64,000 bases of DNA from Mobula hypostoma. Its lineage: Eukaryota. The stretch lies in the NCBI RefSeq assembly GCF_963921235.1, contig NC_086107.1, positions 97,156,001-97,220,000 of the forward strand. The letters run 5' to 3'. The number at the start of each line of letters is the position of its first letter. The stretch's first letter is position 1. The notes under the pieces were generated by a model. That model did not search any database. It saw nothing but the letters and a program-made list of their open reading frames with translations, and was not told the DNA's origin. Positions 61,901 through 64,000 of the stretch are shown here, piece after piece. Position numbers and translations under genes: made by a program.

Positions 61901-63605
61901 AGGTAATAATGGGGTCAACAAAAGAGCGGGCGAACTGGATAAGTATTTCACATCAGTCTTCGCTGTGGAAGACACTAACAGTATGATGGAAGTTCCAGGT
62001 CAGGAGTCATGAAGTGTGTGAAGTTACCATAACTAGATGAGAAGGTTCTTGGGAAAGTGAAAGATCTGAAAATAGATAAGTCACCTGGACCAGATGGTGA
62101 ATACCCCAGGATTCTGAATGAGGGGGCTGAAGAGATTCTGGAGGCATTAGTAATGATCTTTCAAGAATCACTAGATTCTGGAATAGTTCTGGAAGACTGG
62201 AAATTGGAAATGTCATTCCACTCTTCAAGAAGGGAAATAGGCAGAAGAAAGGAAATTATAGGCCAGTTAGTTGGACCACAGTGGTTGGGAGGATGTTGGA
62301 GTCGATTGTTAAGGATGAAGTCTCAGGGTACTTGGAGGCACATGATTAAATAGGCCATAGTCAGTGTGGTTTCCTCAAGAGAAATTCTTGACTGATAAAT
62401 CTGTTGGAATTCTTTGAAGAAATAATAATCAGGATAAACAAAGGAGAATCAGTTGATGTTGTGTACTTGGATTTTCAGACGGCCTTTGACAAGGTGCCAC
62501 ACATGAGGCTGCTTAACAAGTTGAGAGCCCATGGTATTACAGGAAAGATTCTAGTATGGATGAAGCAGTGGCTGATTGGTGGAAGGCAAAGAGTGGGAAT
62601 AAAAGGAGTTTTTTCTGATTGGCTGCCGATTACTCATAGTGTTACACAAGGATCTGTGTTGGGACTGATTCTTTTTATGTTATATGTCAATGATTGGATG
62701 ATGGAATTGATGGCTTTGTTGCAGAGTTGCAGATGATATAAAGGTAGGTGAAGGGAAGGTAGTTTTGAGGAAATAGAGAGGCTACAGAAGGACAGACAGA
62801 TTAGGAGAATGGGCAAAGAAGTCGCAGATGAAATACAGTGTTGAGTAGTGTATGGTCATGTACTCTGGCAGAAGAAATGAAAGGGTTGACTATTTTCTAA
62901 ATGGAGAGAAAATACAAAAAATATGAGATGAAAAGGGACTTGGGAGCCCTTGTGCAGAATTTCCTAAAGGTTAATTTCAGGTTGAGTCTGTGGTGAGGAA
63001 GACAAATGTGATGTTTCATTTCCTGTGGACTAGAATATAAAAGCAAGGATGTAATATTGAGAAGTTATAAAGCACAGGTGTGGGCCCCTTATCTAAGAGA
63101 GGATGTGCTGAAACTGAAGAGTGTTCAAAGGAGGTTTACGAAAATGATTTCAGGATTGAACGGCTTATCATATGAAGAACGTTTGATGGGTCTGGCCCTG
63201 TATTCACTGGAATTGAAAGAGTGAGGGGTGACCTCATTGAAACCTATTGAAAGGTGAAAGGTCTTGACAGAGAGGATGTTTCCTATGGTGGGAGTGTCTA
63301 AGACCAGAGGACTCAGCCTCAAGATAGAGGGGCATCCTTTTAGAATGAAGGTTAGGAGGAATTTCTTTAGCCAAAAGTGGTAAATCTGTTGAATTCACTG
63401 CCATAGGCAGCTGTGGAGGCTAAGTCTTTATGTATACTTAAGACAGAAGTTAATAGATTCTTGATTGGTCAGAGAATGAAGTGTTACGGGGAGAAAGCAG
63501 GAGATTGGGGCTGAGAGGAAAAATGGGTCAGCCATGATAAAATGGTGGAGCAGACTTGATGGGCCAAATGGCCTAATTCTGCTCCCGTATCTTACGGACT
63601 TGTGA
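58905..63605 (+). mobile_element. Near full-length degenerate CR1 LINE (ORF1 esterase, ORF2 endonuclease plus RT)
   Basis: VIGDPIVRG/CCLLGAR/HSGTND; LYLNACS, VVYRPPNS, KSPGPDG, LDFQTAFD; CR1 3' UTR near 63530-63600. Confidence 0.92.
59911..61038 (-). mobile_element. Young 5'-truncated Penelope-like element (family 1, Neptune-like)
   Basis: Cys motif CKRNKCYTC and GIY-YIG (GVIYCVRCSRCG / YIGET...RFAEH) with one frameshift; AGACATAGGAAGA duplicated at 59898-59910 and 61039-61051. Confidence 0.92.
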
Positions 63606-63609
63606 TCTT

Positions 63610-63860
63610 TTGGTCTTCCGGTCCTCTGGGCCACTCCGCCCAGCAATCCCCCAATTTAATCCTCGCCCAATCATGGCACAATTTACAATGGTCAGTTAAC
63701 TTACCGACTGGTACGTCTTCAGACTGTGGGAGGAAACAGGAACGCCTGAAGGAAACCTACTTGGTGAATGTACAAACCCCTTACAGGCAGTGGTGGGGAA
63801 TGAACTCGGGTCACCTGAACTGTAAAGCATTGTGGTAACCAGTACTCCACCATGCTGCCC
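63610..63860 (-). mobile_element. V-SINE (HE1-like)
   Basis: Minus strand GGGCAGCATGGTGG head, GAGTTCATTCC B-box-like motif and V-domain. Confidence 0.75.
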
Positions 63861-64000
63861 TGTTATTAGGCAGGGATGCTCTGGAACAGATGTGGGTAAA
63901 TGGATACAGGACATTATGATCAGCGTAGCAGCGATTATTGGCCTCCCCTTTCACTGGAAATGGGTGACATCTCTCTGCCCACTGTTAGTGAGAGAGAGAT

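Noticed and set aside
58905..63605. Retron, DGR or other bacterial RT system
   Set aside because: All RT motifs in the window sit in vertebrate LINE architecture (APE endonuclease, esterase ORF1, microsatellite tails)

Overview
This is eukaryotic, repeat-dominated DNA with no bacterial features. The mix of CR1 LINEs, V-SINEs, Deu-domain SINEs, Rex1/Babar LINEs and Penelope-like elements points to a cartilaginous fish, probably a ray (inference from repeat content only). No host protein-coding gene is recognisable, so the window is probably a large intron or intergenic region. Most of it is a nested mosaic of mobile elements: CR1, Rex1/Babar, L1, Nimb/I, RTE-derived, two Penelope-like families, BEL/Pao, Gypsy, solo LTRs, hAT/Tc1/mariner derivatives and several SINEs. 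The most interesting signals are RNA-level. They are (i) a candidate HDV-like ribozyme at the 5' end of an RTE-derived non-autonomous element, (ii) minimal type I hammerhead motifs in both Penelope-like families, including a TSD-flanked fold-back mini-element with perfect 88-bp arms, and (iii) a multi-copy ~640-bp non-coding retroelement with a Rex-type tail. A few unique islands carry possible host signals: an RFX X-box, a candidate first exon and a 63-nt hairpin. Boundaries of old repeats are approximate and all family assignments are by eye, without database searches.
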